Source: the human T2T-CHM13v2.0 reference genome, Homo sapiens. Taken from it: 64,000 nucleotides of DNA. The notes beneath the pieces were generated by a model, which searched no databases, had not been told where the DNA came from, and saw only the letters and a list, made by a program, of their open reading frames with translations. A program made the translations under genes and the position numbers. The DNA lies in assembly GCF_009914755.1 (NCBI RefSeq), contig NC_060933.1. The stretch is one strand, 5' to 3'. Below, in pieces: positions 28,801 to 39,920 of this stretch; position 1 is the first letter of the stretch; the number at the start of each line of letters is the position of its first letter.

Positions 28801-29545
28801 TGGATTCAACTTGAATGGAATGGAAAGAATGGAATCAACACGAGTGGAATGGCATGGATTGGAATGGAATGGAATGGAATCAACCCGAGTACAGGGGAAT
28901 GGAATGGAATGGAATGCAATGGAATGGAATCATCCGTAATGGAAAGGAAAGAAATGGAATGGAATGGAATGGAATGGAATGGAATGGAATCAACTCGATT
29001 GCAATCGAATGGAATGGAATGGAATTAACCCGAATAGAATGGAATGGAATGGAATGGAACGGAACGGAACGGAATGGAATGGAATGGAATGGAATGGAAT
29101 GGAACGGAAAGGAATGGAATGGAATGGAATGGAATCAACGCGCGTGCAGGGGAATGGAATGTAATGGAATGGAATCTTCCGGAATGGAATGGAATGGAAT
29201 GGAATCAACCCGAGTGCAATGGAATGGAGTGGAATGGAATGGAATGGAATGGAACAACCTGAATGGAATCGAATGTAATGGAGAGTAAGGGAGTTGAATA
29301 GAATCAATCCGAATGTAATGGAATGGAATGGAACGGAATGGAATTGAATGGAATGGAATGGAATGCAATGGAATGGAATCAACCCGAGTGCAATGGAATG
29401 GAGAGGAGGGGAATGGAATGGAGTGGAAACTACCCGAATGGAATGGAATGTAATGGAGTGTAAGGGAATTGAATAGAATCAATCCGAATGTAATGGAATG
29501 GAATGGAACGGAATGGAATGGAATGGAATGGAATGGAAAGAAGGG

Positions 29546-29573
29546 AATGGAATCAACCCGAGTTGATTCCATT
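29546..29573. other. Intra-satellite inversion breakpoint; hairpin with 12-bp stem and 4-nt loop; CGAGT microhomology
   Basis: AATGGAATCAAC (29546-29557), CCGA, GTTGATTCCATT (29562-29573): the arms are exact reverse complements. CGAGT (29559-29563) is shared by the + module CAACCCGAGTG and the - module AATCGAGTTGATT. Confidence 0.95.
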
Positions 29574-31040
29574 GCTTTGCATTCCGTTCCATTCCATTCC
29601 TTTTCATTGTATTCGGGTTAATTCCATTGCATTCCATTCCATTCCTTTCCATTCCATTCCATTCCATTACAATGGAGTTGATTCCATTCCATTCCATTCC
29701 ATTCCATTCCATTCCAGTCCTTTCCATTCCATTCCACTCGGGTTGATTCCATTCTATTAGTTTCCATTCCATTCCATTCCCTTCCATTGCACTCTGGTTG
29801 ATTGCATTCCTTTCCATTTCACTCGAATACATTCCCTCCTATTCCACTCGGAACGATTCCATTCCATTCCATTCCATTCCATTCCATTCCATTTCGTTCC
29901 ATTCCATTCTATTCCGTACCATTCCATTCCATTCCATTCCATTCCATTCGATTCCATTCCACTCGTGTTGATTACATTCCTTTCCATTCCATTCAGTTTG
30001 AAGGCATTCCATTCCATTCAATTCCATTCCATTCCATTCCATTCCATTCCATTCCATTCCATTCCATTCCATTGTACTCGGTTTGATCCCATTCCATTGC
30101 ATTCTATTCCATTCCATTCCATTCCATTCCATTCCATTCCATTCCGGATGATTCCATTCCATTGCATTCCATTCCATTCCATTCCCCTGCACTCGGGTTG
30201 ATTACATTCCATTCCCTTCCCTTCCATTCCTTTCCATTCCATTCCATTCCATTCTATTCGGATGAATTCCATTCCATTCCATTCCATTCCATTCCATTCC
30301 ATTCCATTGCAATCGAGTTGATTCCATTACATTCCATTCCATTCCGTTCCGGATGATTCCATTCCATTGCATTCCATTCCATTCCATTCCCCTGCAGTCG
30401 GTTTGATTCCTTTCCATTCCATTCCATTCCATTCCATTCTATTCCATTCCGTTCCATTCCATTGCATTCCATTCTATTCGGGTTAATTCCATTCCATTCC
30501 TTTCCATTCCATTCCAATCGAGTTAATTCCATTGCATTGCATTCCATTCCACTGCATTCCAGTCCTTTCCATTCCATTCCACTCGGGTTGATTCCATTCT
30601 ATTCCTTTCCATTCCATTCCATTGCAATAGAGTTGATTCCATTGCATTGCATTCCATTCCATTCCATTCCATTCCGGATGATTCCATTCCATTGCATTCC
30701 ATTCCATTCCATTCCCCTGCACTCGGGTTGATTCCATTCCATTCCACTCCATTCCGTTCCATTGCATTCCATTCCATTGTATTCGGGTTAATTCCATTCC
30801 ATTCCATTCCATTCCATTCCATACCATTCCATTACAATCGAGTTGATTCCATTCCATTCCATTCCATTCCATTCCATTCCATTCCATTCCATTCCATTCC
30901 TTTCCATTCCATTCCACTCGGGTTGATTCCATTCTATTAGTTTCCATTCCATTCCATTCCCTTCCATTCCACTCTGGTTGATTCCATTCCTTTCCATTCC
31001 ACTCGAATACATTCCCTCCTATTCCCTCGGAACAATTCCA
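29562..31040 (-). repeat. ~1.5-kb block paralogous to ~54010-55575 (offset ~24.5 kb)
   Basis: Shared rare markers in the same order: CAGTTTGAAGGC, GATTACATTCCATTCCCTTCCCTTCC (~30200/54759), GAATTC (30264/54823), CTCGGAACAATTCC (~31026/55561). Confidence 0.82.
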
Positions 31041-31373
31041 TTCCATTCCATTGCATTCTATTCCATTCCATTTCGTTCATTCCATTCTATTCCATTCCGT
31101 TCCGTTCCGTTCAATTCCATTCCATTCCATTCCATTCCATTCAATTCCATTCCATTACAATTCGTTGCATTCCATTCTATTCCGTACCACTCCATTCCAT
31201 TCCATACCATTCCATTCCATTCCATTCCATTCCGTTCCATTCCGTTCCATTCCATTGCATTCCATTCTATTCGGGTTAATTCCATTCCATTCCATTCCAT
31301 CCCATTCTATTACATTGCATTGCAATCGAGTTGAATCCATTGCATTTCATTCCATTCCATTCCATTCCATTCC

Positions 31374-31388
31374 ATTCCGGAAGATTCC
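31374..31388 (-). promoter_or_regulatory. Perfect 3-unit heat-shock element match; first of ~25 copies in the right domain
   Basis: aTTCcgGAAgaTTCc. Further copies include those near 32242, 33951, 34794, 35831, 36629, 37119, 38157, 38877, 41134, 41941, 42421, 43299, 43679, 44552, 45267, 46357, 49096, 50415, 52572, 52832, 56334, 58791, 60268, 61736. Confidence 0.6.
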
Positions 31389-34300
31389 ATTCCATTGCAT
31401 TCCATTCCATTCCATTCCCCTGCACTCGCGTTGATTCCATTCCATTCCATTCCATTCCATTCCATTCCATTCCGTTCCGTTCCATTCCATTCCATTACAT
31501 TCCATTCCATTCCGTTCCGTTCCATTCCATTCCATTCCATTCTATTCGGGTTAATTCCATTCCATTCCATTCGATTGCAATCGTGTTGATTCCATTCCAT
31601 TCCATTCCATTCCATTCCATTCCATTCCATTCCATTCCATTCCTTTCCATTCCATTACGGATGATTCCATTCAATTGCATTCCATTCCATTCCATTCCCC
31701 TGTACTCGGGTTGATTCCATTCCATTGCATTCCAATCCATGCCCTTCCACTCGTGTTGATTCCATTCTTTCCATTCCATTCAAGTTGAATCCATTCCATT
31801 GCATTCCATTCCATTCGATGTCATTCGATTGCACTCGGGTTGATTCCATTCCATTACATTCCATTCCGTTCCATTCCATTCCATTCCATTCCATTCCGTT
31901 CCATTCCATTCCATTACATTCGGATTGATTCTATTCAATTCCCTTACACTCCTTTACATTCCATTCCATTCGGGTAGTTTCCATTCCATTCCATTCCATT
32001 CCTCTCCATTCCATTGCACTCGGGTTGATTCCATTCCATTGCATTCCATTCCATTCCATTCAATTCCATTCCGTTCCATTCCATTCCATTACATTCGGAT
32101 TGATTCTATTCAACTCCCTTACACTCCATTACATTTCATTCCGTTCGGGTTGTTCCATTCCATTCCATTCCATTCCACTCCATTCCATTGCACTCGGGTT
32201 TATCCCATTCCATTCCATTCCATTCCATTCCATTCCATTCCATTCCGGAAGATTCCATTCCATTGCATTCCATTCCATTCCATTCCCCTGCACTCGCGTT
32301 GATTCTATTCCATTCCATTCCATTCCATTCCATTCCATTCCATTCCATTCCATTCCTTTCCGTTCCATTCCATTCCATTCCATTCCATTCCATTCCATTC
32401 CATTCCGTTCCGTTCCGTTCCATTCCATTCCATTCCATTCCATTCTATTCGGGTTAATTCCATTCCATTCCATTCGATTGCAATCGAGATGATTCCATTC
32501 CATTCCATTCCATTCCATTCCATTCCATTCCATTCCATTGCACACGGGTTCATTCCATTCCATTCCATTCCATTCCATTCCATTCCATTTCATTCCATTC
32601 CATTTCATTCCATTCCATTCTATTCCGTACCATTCCATTCCATCCCATTCCATTCCGTTCCATTCCATGCCATTACACTCGGGTTGATTCCATTCCTTTC
32701 CATTCCATTCTTGTTGATTCCATTCCATTCCATTCCATTCCATTTCATTCCATTCCATTCCATTACATTCGGATTGATTCTATTCAATTCCCTTACACTC
32801 CATTACATTCCATTCCATTCGGGATGTTTCCATTCCATTCCATTCCATTCCACTCCATTCCATTGCATCAGGTTGATTGCATTCCATTCCATTCCATTCC
32901 ATTCCGGATGATTCCATTCCATTGCATTCCATTCCATTCCATTCCCCTGCACTCGGGTTGATTCCATTCCATTCCATTCCATTCCATTCCATTCCATTCC
33001 ATTCCGTTCCATTCCATTCCATTCCATTCTATTCCGGTTGATTCCATTCCATTCCTTTCGATTCCATTCCATTCCATTCCATTCCATTGCAGTCGAGTTG
33101 ATTCCATTCCATTCCATTCCATTCCGTTCCGGATGATTCCATTCCATTCCATTCCATTCCATTCCATTCCCCTGCAGTCGGGTTGATTCCATTCCATTCC
33201 ATTCCTTTCCATTCCATTCCATTCCATTCCGTTCCATTCCATTCCATGCTATTCTATTCGGGTTAATTCCATTGCATTCCATTCCATTCCATTCCATTCC
33301 AATCGAGTTGATTGCATTCCATTCCATTCCATTCCATTCCACTCCATTCCAGTCCTTTCCATTACTTTACACTCGGGTTGATTCCATTCTATTCCTTTCC
33401 ATTCCATTCCATTCCATTGCAATCGTGTTGATTCCATTGCTTTGCATTCCATTCCATTCCATTCCTTTCCGGATGATTCCATTCCATTGCATTCCATTCC
33501 TTTCCATTCCCCAGCACTCGGGTTGATTCCATTCCATTCCACTCCATTCCGTTCCATTCCATTCCATTCCATTTTATTCGGGTTAATTCCATTCCATTCC
33601 ATTCCATTCCATTCCGTTCCATTCCATTACAATCGAGTTGATTCCATTCCATTCCATTCCATTCCATTCCATTCCATTCCATTCCGGATGATTCCATTCC
33701 ATTGCATTCCGTTCCATTACATTCCCCTGCACTCGTGTTGATTCCATTCCATTCCATTCCATTCCATTCAATTCCATTCCATTACAATTCGTTCCATTCC
33801 ATTCTATTCCCTACCATTCCATTCCATTCCATTCCATTCCTTTCCATTCCATTACGGATGATTCCATTCCATTGCATTACCTTCCATTCCATTCCCCTGT
33901 ACTCGGGTTGATTCCATTCCATTCCATTCCATTCCATTCTATTCCATTCCATTCCGGAAGATTCCATTCCATTGCATTCCATTCCATTCCATTCCCCTGC
34001 ACTCGCGTTGATTCCATTCCATTCCATTCCATTCCATTCCATTCCATTCCGTTCCGTTCCATTCCATTCCATTCCATTCCGTTCCGTTCCATTGCATTCC
34101 ATTCCATTCTATTCGGGTTAATTCCATTCCATTCCATTCGATTGCAATCGTGTTGATTCCAATCCATTCCATTCCATTCCATTCCATTCCATTCCATTCC
34201 TTTCCATTCAATTACGGATGATTCCATTCCATTGCATTCCATTCCATTCCATTCCCCTGTACTCGGGTTGTTTCCATTCCATTGCATTCCAATCCATGCC

Positions 34301-34839
34301 CTTCCACTCGTGTTGATTCCATTCTTTCCATTCCATTCAAGTTGAATCCATTCCATTGCATTCCATTCAATTCGATTCCATTCGATTGCACTCGGGTTGA
34401 ATCCATTCCATTGCATTCCATTCCATCCCATTCCATTCCATTGCATTCCATTCCGTTCCATTCCATTCCATTACATTCGGATTGATTCTATTCAATTCCC
34501 TTACACTCCATTACATTCCATTCCATTCGGGTAGTTTCCATTCCATTCCATTCCATTCCTCTCCATTCCATTGCACTCGGGTTGATTCCATTCCATTGCA
34601 TTCCATTCCATTCCATTCAATTCCATTCCGTTCCATTCCATTCCATTCCATTCGGATTGATTCTATTCAACTCCCTTACTCTCCATTACATTCCATTCCA
34701 TTCGGGTTGTTCCATACCATTCCATTCCATTCCACTCCATTCCATTGCACTCGGGTTTATTCCATTCCATTCCATTCCATTCCATTCCATTCCATTCCGG
34801 AAGATTCCATTCCATTGCATTCCATTCCATTCCATTCCA

Positions 34840-37800
34840 TTCCCCTGCACTCGTGTTGATTCCATTACCTTCTATTCCATTCCATTCCGTTCCATTCCAT
34901 TGCATTCCATTCTATTCCGGTTAATTCCATTCCATTCCATTCCATTCCATTCCATTCCATTCCATTGCAATCGAGTTGATTCCATTCCATTCCTTTCCAT
35001 TCCATTCCATTGCCTTGCATTCCAATCGGGTTGTTTCCATTCCCTTCTTTCCACTCCATTACATTCCCTTCCATTCCACTCGGAATGATTGATTATATTC
35101 CATTCCATTCCATTTCATTCCATTGCAATCCATTCCAATCCATTCCATTCCATTCCATTCCACTCGAGTTGATTTCATTCCATTCCTTTCCATTCCATTC
35201 CGTTCCTTTCCATTCGAGTTGATTCCATTCCATTCCATTCCATTGCATTCCATTCCATGCCATTCCACTCGGGTTGATTCCATTCCTTTGCATTCCATTC
35301 CATTCCATTCCATTCCATTCCATTCCATTCCGTTGCATTCCATTCCATTACATTCCGATTGATTCTATTCAACTCCCTTACTCTCCATTACATTCCATTC
35401 CATTCGGGTTGTTCCATTCCATTCCATTCCATTCCACTCCATTCCATTGCACTCGGGTTGATTCCATTCCATTCCATTCCATTCCATTCCATTCCATTCC
35501 GGATGATTCCATTCCATTGCATTCCGTTCCATTACATTCCCCTGCACTCGCGTTGATTCCATTCCATTCCATTCCATTCCATTCAATTCCATTCCATTAC
35601 AATTCGTTCCATTCCATTCTATTCCCTACCATTCCATTCCATTCCATACCATTCCATTCCATTCCATTCCATTCCATTCCATTCCATTCCATTCCGTTCC
35701 ATTCCGTTCCATTCCATTCCATTCCATTCTATTCGGGTTAATTCCATTCCATTCCATTCCATTCCATTCTATTCCATTCCTTTGCAATCGAGTTGAATCC
35801 ATTGCATTTCATTCCATTCCATTCCATTCCATTCCGGAAGATTCCATTCCATTGCATTCCATTCCATTCCATTCCCCTGCACTCGCGTTGATTCCATTCC
35901 ATTCCATTCCATTCCATTCCATTCCATTCCGTTCCTTTCCGTTCCGTTCCATTCCATTCCATTCCATTCCATTCCGTTCCGTTCCATTCCATTCCATTCC
36001 ATTCTATTCGGGTTAATTCCATTCCATTCCATTCGATTGCAATCGTGTTGATTCCATTCCATTCCATTCCATTCCATTCCATTCCATTCCATTCCTTTCC
36101 ATTCCATTACGGATGATTCCATTCCATTGCATTCCATTCCATTCCATTCCCCTGTACTCGGGTTGATTCCATTCCATTGCATTCCAATCCATGCCCTTCC
36201 ACTCGTGTTGATTCCATTCTTTCCATTCCATTCAAGTTGAATCCATTCCATTGCATTCCATTCTATTCGATTCCATTCCATTCCATTCCGTTTCATTCCA
36301 TTCCATTACATTCGGATTGATTCTATTCAATTCCCTTACACTCCATTACATTCCATTCTATTCGGGTAGTTTCCATTCCATTCCATTCCATTCCTCTCCA
36401 TTCCATTGCACTCGGGTTGATTCCATTCCATTGCATTCCATTCCATTCCATTCAATTCCATTCCGTTCCATTCCATTCCATTACATTCTAATTGATTCTA
36501 TTCATCTCCCTTAGTCTCCATTACATTCCATTCCATTCGGGTTGTTCCATTCCATTCCATTCCATTCCACTCCATTCCATTGCACTCGGGTTGATTCCAT
36601 TCCATTCCATTCCATTCCATTCCATTCCATTCCGGAAGATTCCATTCCATTGCATTCCATTCCATTCCATTTCCCTGCACTCGCGTTGATTCCATTCCAT
36701 TCCATTCCATTCCATTCCATTCCATTCCACTCCATTCCATTGCACTCGGGTTGATTCCATTCCATTCCATTCCATTCCATTCCATTCCATTCCGGATGAT
36801 TCCATTCCATTGCATTCCGTTCCATTACATTCCCCTGCACTCGCGTTGATTCCATTCAATTCCATTCCATTCCATTCAATTCCATTCCATTACAATTCGT
36901 TCCATTCCATTCTATTCCGTACCATTCCATTCCATACCATTCCATTTCATTCCATTCCATTCCATTCCATTCCATTCCATTCCGTTCCACTCCGTTCCAT
37001 TCCATTCCATTGCATTCTATTCGGGTTAATCCCATTCCATTCCATTCCATTCCATTCTATTCCATTCCATTGCAATCGAGTTGAATCCATTGCATTTCAT
37101 TCCATTCCATTCCATTCCATTCCGGAAGATTCCATTCCATTGCATTCCAATCCATGCCATTCCCCTGCACTCGCGTTGATTCCATTCCATTCCATTCCAT
37201 TCCATTCCATTCCATTCCATTCCATTCCATTCCTTTCTGTTCCGTTCCATTCCATTCCATTACATTCCATTCCATTCCATTCTATTCCATTCCGTTTCAT
37301 TCCATTCCATTCCATTCTATTTGGGTTAATTCCATTCCATTCCATTCGATTGCAATCGTGTTGATTCCATTCCATTCCATTCCATTCCATTCCTTTCCAT
37401 TCCATTACGGATGATTCCACTCCATTGCATTCCATTCCATTCCATTCCCCTGTACTCGGGTTGATTCCATTCCATTGCATTCCAATCCATGCCCTTCCAC
37501 TCGTGTTGATTCCATTCTTTCCATTCCATTCAAGTTGAATCCATTCCATTGTATTCCTTTCCATTCGATTCCATTCGACTGCACTCGGGTTGATTCCATT
37601 CCATTGCATTCCATTCCATTCCATTCCATTCCATTCCATTCCATTCCATTCCGTTCCATTCCATTCCATTACATTCGGATTGATTCTATTCAATTCCCTT
37701 ACACTCCATTACATTCCATTCCATTCGGGTAGTTTCCATTCCATTCCATTCCATTCCTCTCCATTCCATTGCACTCGGGTTGATTCCATTCCATTGCATT

Positions 37801-37870
37801 CCATTCCATTCCATTGCATTCCATTCCGTTCCATTCCATTCCATTACATTCGGATTGATTCTATTCAATT
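34840..37870 (-). repeat. ~3-kb block duplicated at ~40150-43150 (offset ~5.3 kb)
   Basis: Shared rare markers: CATTACCTTCTATTCC (~34863/40171), GATTGATTATATTCC (~35086/40395), TTCTAATTGATTCTATTCATCTCCCTTAGTCTCC (~36486/41799), CTTTCTGTTCC (~37233/42535). Near-identical ORF translations at offsets 5302-5313. Confidence 0.88.
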
Positions 37871-37879
37871 CCCTTACAC

Positions 37880-39920
37880 TCCATTACATTCCATTCCATT
37901 CGGGTAGTTTCCATTCCATTCCATTCCATTCCTCTCCATTCCATTGCACTCGGGTTGATTCCATTCCATTGCATTCCATTCCATTCCATTCAATTCCATT
38001 CCGTTCCATTCCATTCCATTCCATTCGGATTGATTCTATTCAACTCCCTTACTCTCCATTACATTCCATTCCATTCGGGTTGTTCCATACCATTCCATTC
38101 CATTCCACTCCATTCCATTGCACTCGGGTTTATTCCATTCCATTCCATTCCATTCCATTCCGGAAGATTCCATTCCATTGCATTCCATTCCATTCCATTC
38201 CATTCCAATCGAGTTGATTCCATTCCATTGCATTCCATTCCATTCCACTCCATTCCAGTCCTTTCCATTCCATTACACTCGGGTTGATTCCATTCCATTC
38301 CACTCCATTCCGTTCCATTCCATTCCATTCCATTGTATTCGGGTTAATTCCATTCCATTCCATTCCATTCCATTCCATTCCATTCCATTCCATTCCATTA
38401 CAATCGAGTTGATTCCATTCCATTCCATTCCATTCCATTCCATTCCATTCCAGTCCTTTCCATTCCATTCCACTCGGGTTGATTCCATTCTATTAGTTTC
38501 CATTCCATTCCATTCCCTTCCATTCCACTCTGGTTGATTCCATTCCTTTCCATTCCACTCGAATACATTCCCTCCTATTCCACTCGGAACGATTCCTTTC
38601 CATTCCATTCCATTCCATTCCAATCCATTCCATTCCATTCCAGTTCGTTCCATTCCGTTCTATTCGGTACCATTCCATTCCATTCCATTCCTTTCCATTC
38701 CATTCCTTTCCACTCGTGTTGATTCCATTCCTTTCCATTCCATTCGGTTTGAAGGCATTCCATTCCATTCAATTCCATTCCATTCCATTCCATTCCCTTC
38801 CATTCTATTCCATTGCATTGCAATCGAGTTGAATCCATTGCCTTTCATTCCATTCCATTCCATTCCATTCCATTCCATTCCGGAAGATTCCATTCCATTA
38901 CATTCCATTCCATTCCATTCCCCTGCACTCGCGTTGATTCCATTCCATTCCATTCCATTCCATTCTATTCGGGTTAATTCCATTCCATTCCATTCCATTC
39001 CATTCCATTCCAATCGAGTTGATTCCATTCCATTCCATTCCACTCCATTCCAGTCCTTTCCATTCCATTCCACTCGGGTTGATTCCAATGTATTCCTTTC
39101 CATTCCATTCCATTCCATTGCAATCGAGTTGATTCCATTGCTTTGCATTCCATTCCATTCCATTCCATTCCGGATGATTCCATTCCATTGCATTCCATTC
39201 CATTCCATTCCCCTGCACTCGGGTTGATTCCATTCCATTCCACTCCATTCCGTTCCATTCCATTCCATTCCATTGTATTCAGGTTAATTCCATTCCATTC
39301 CATTCCATTCCATTCCATTACAATCGAGTTGATTCCATTCCATTCCATTCCATTCCATTCCATTCCAGTCCTTTCCATTCCATTACACTCGGGTTGATTC
39401 CATTCTATTAGTTTCCATTCCATTCCATTCCCTTCCATTCCACTCTGGTTGATTCCATTCCTTTCCATTCCATTTAATTCCATTCCATTCCATTCCATTC
39501 CATTCCAATCCGTTCCATTCCATTCCATTCTATTCCACTGCAATCGACTTGATTCCATTCCATTCCATTCTATTCCATTCCATTCCATTCCATTCCATTC
39601 CATTCCATTCCATTCCATTTTGTTCCAATCCATTCTATTCGGAACCATTCCATTCCATTCCATTCCATTCCATTGCATTCCATTCCATGCCATTCCACTC
39701 GGGTTGATTCCATTCCATTCCATTCCATTCCATTCCATTCCATTCCGTTCCATTCCATTTCATTACATTCATTTTGATTCTATTCAATTCCCTTACACTC
39801 CATTATATTCCAATCCATTCTGGTTGTTTCCATTCCATTCCATTCCATTTCACTCCATTCCATTGCACTCGGTTTGATTCCATTCCATTCCATTCCATTC
39901 CGGATGATTCCATTCCATTG
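37880..39920 (-). repeat. ~2-kb block duplicated at ~44270-46320 (offset ~6.39 kb)
   Basis: GGTACC at 38666 and 45061; TTTTGTTCCAATCC (~39617/45997); CATTTTGATTCTATTC (~39770/46160). ORF pairs at offsets 6390-6395. Confidence 0.88.

Larger units (their letters stand above)
1..29558 (+). repeat. Human Satellite 3 (HSat3/SatIII) array, G-rich (GGAAT)n strand on +
   Basis: Continuous GGAAT pentamers interrupted by CAACCCGAGT / CAACTCGATT / CAACACGAGT-type decamers, the established signature of Satellite III. HSat2 is instead dominated by CATTCGATTC. No non-satellite sequence is seen. Confidence 0.97.

Noticed and set aside
29479-29832. Chimeric ORFs crossing the junction (MEWNG switching to IPFHS)
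   Set aside because: A by-product of the inversion, useful only as a marker of the breakpoint.
28000-31100. Perfect large palindrome from fold-back duplication or breakage-fusion-bridge
   Set aside because: Beyond the 12-bp stem the module order on the two sides does not mirror, and the right flank matches ~54 kb instead.
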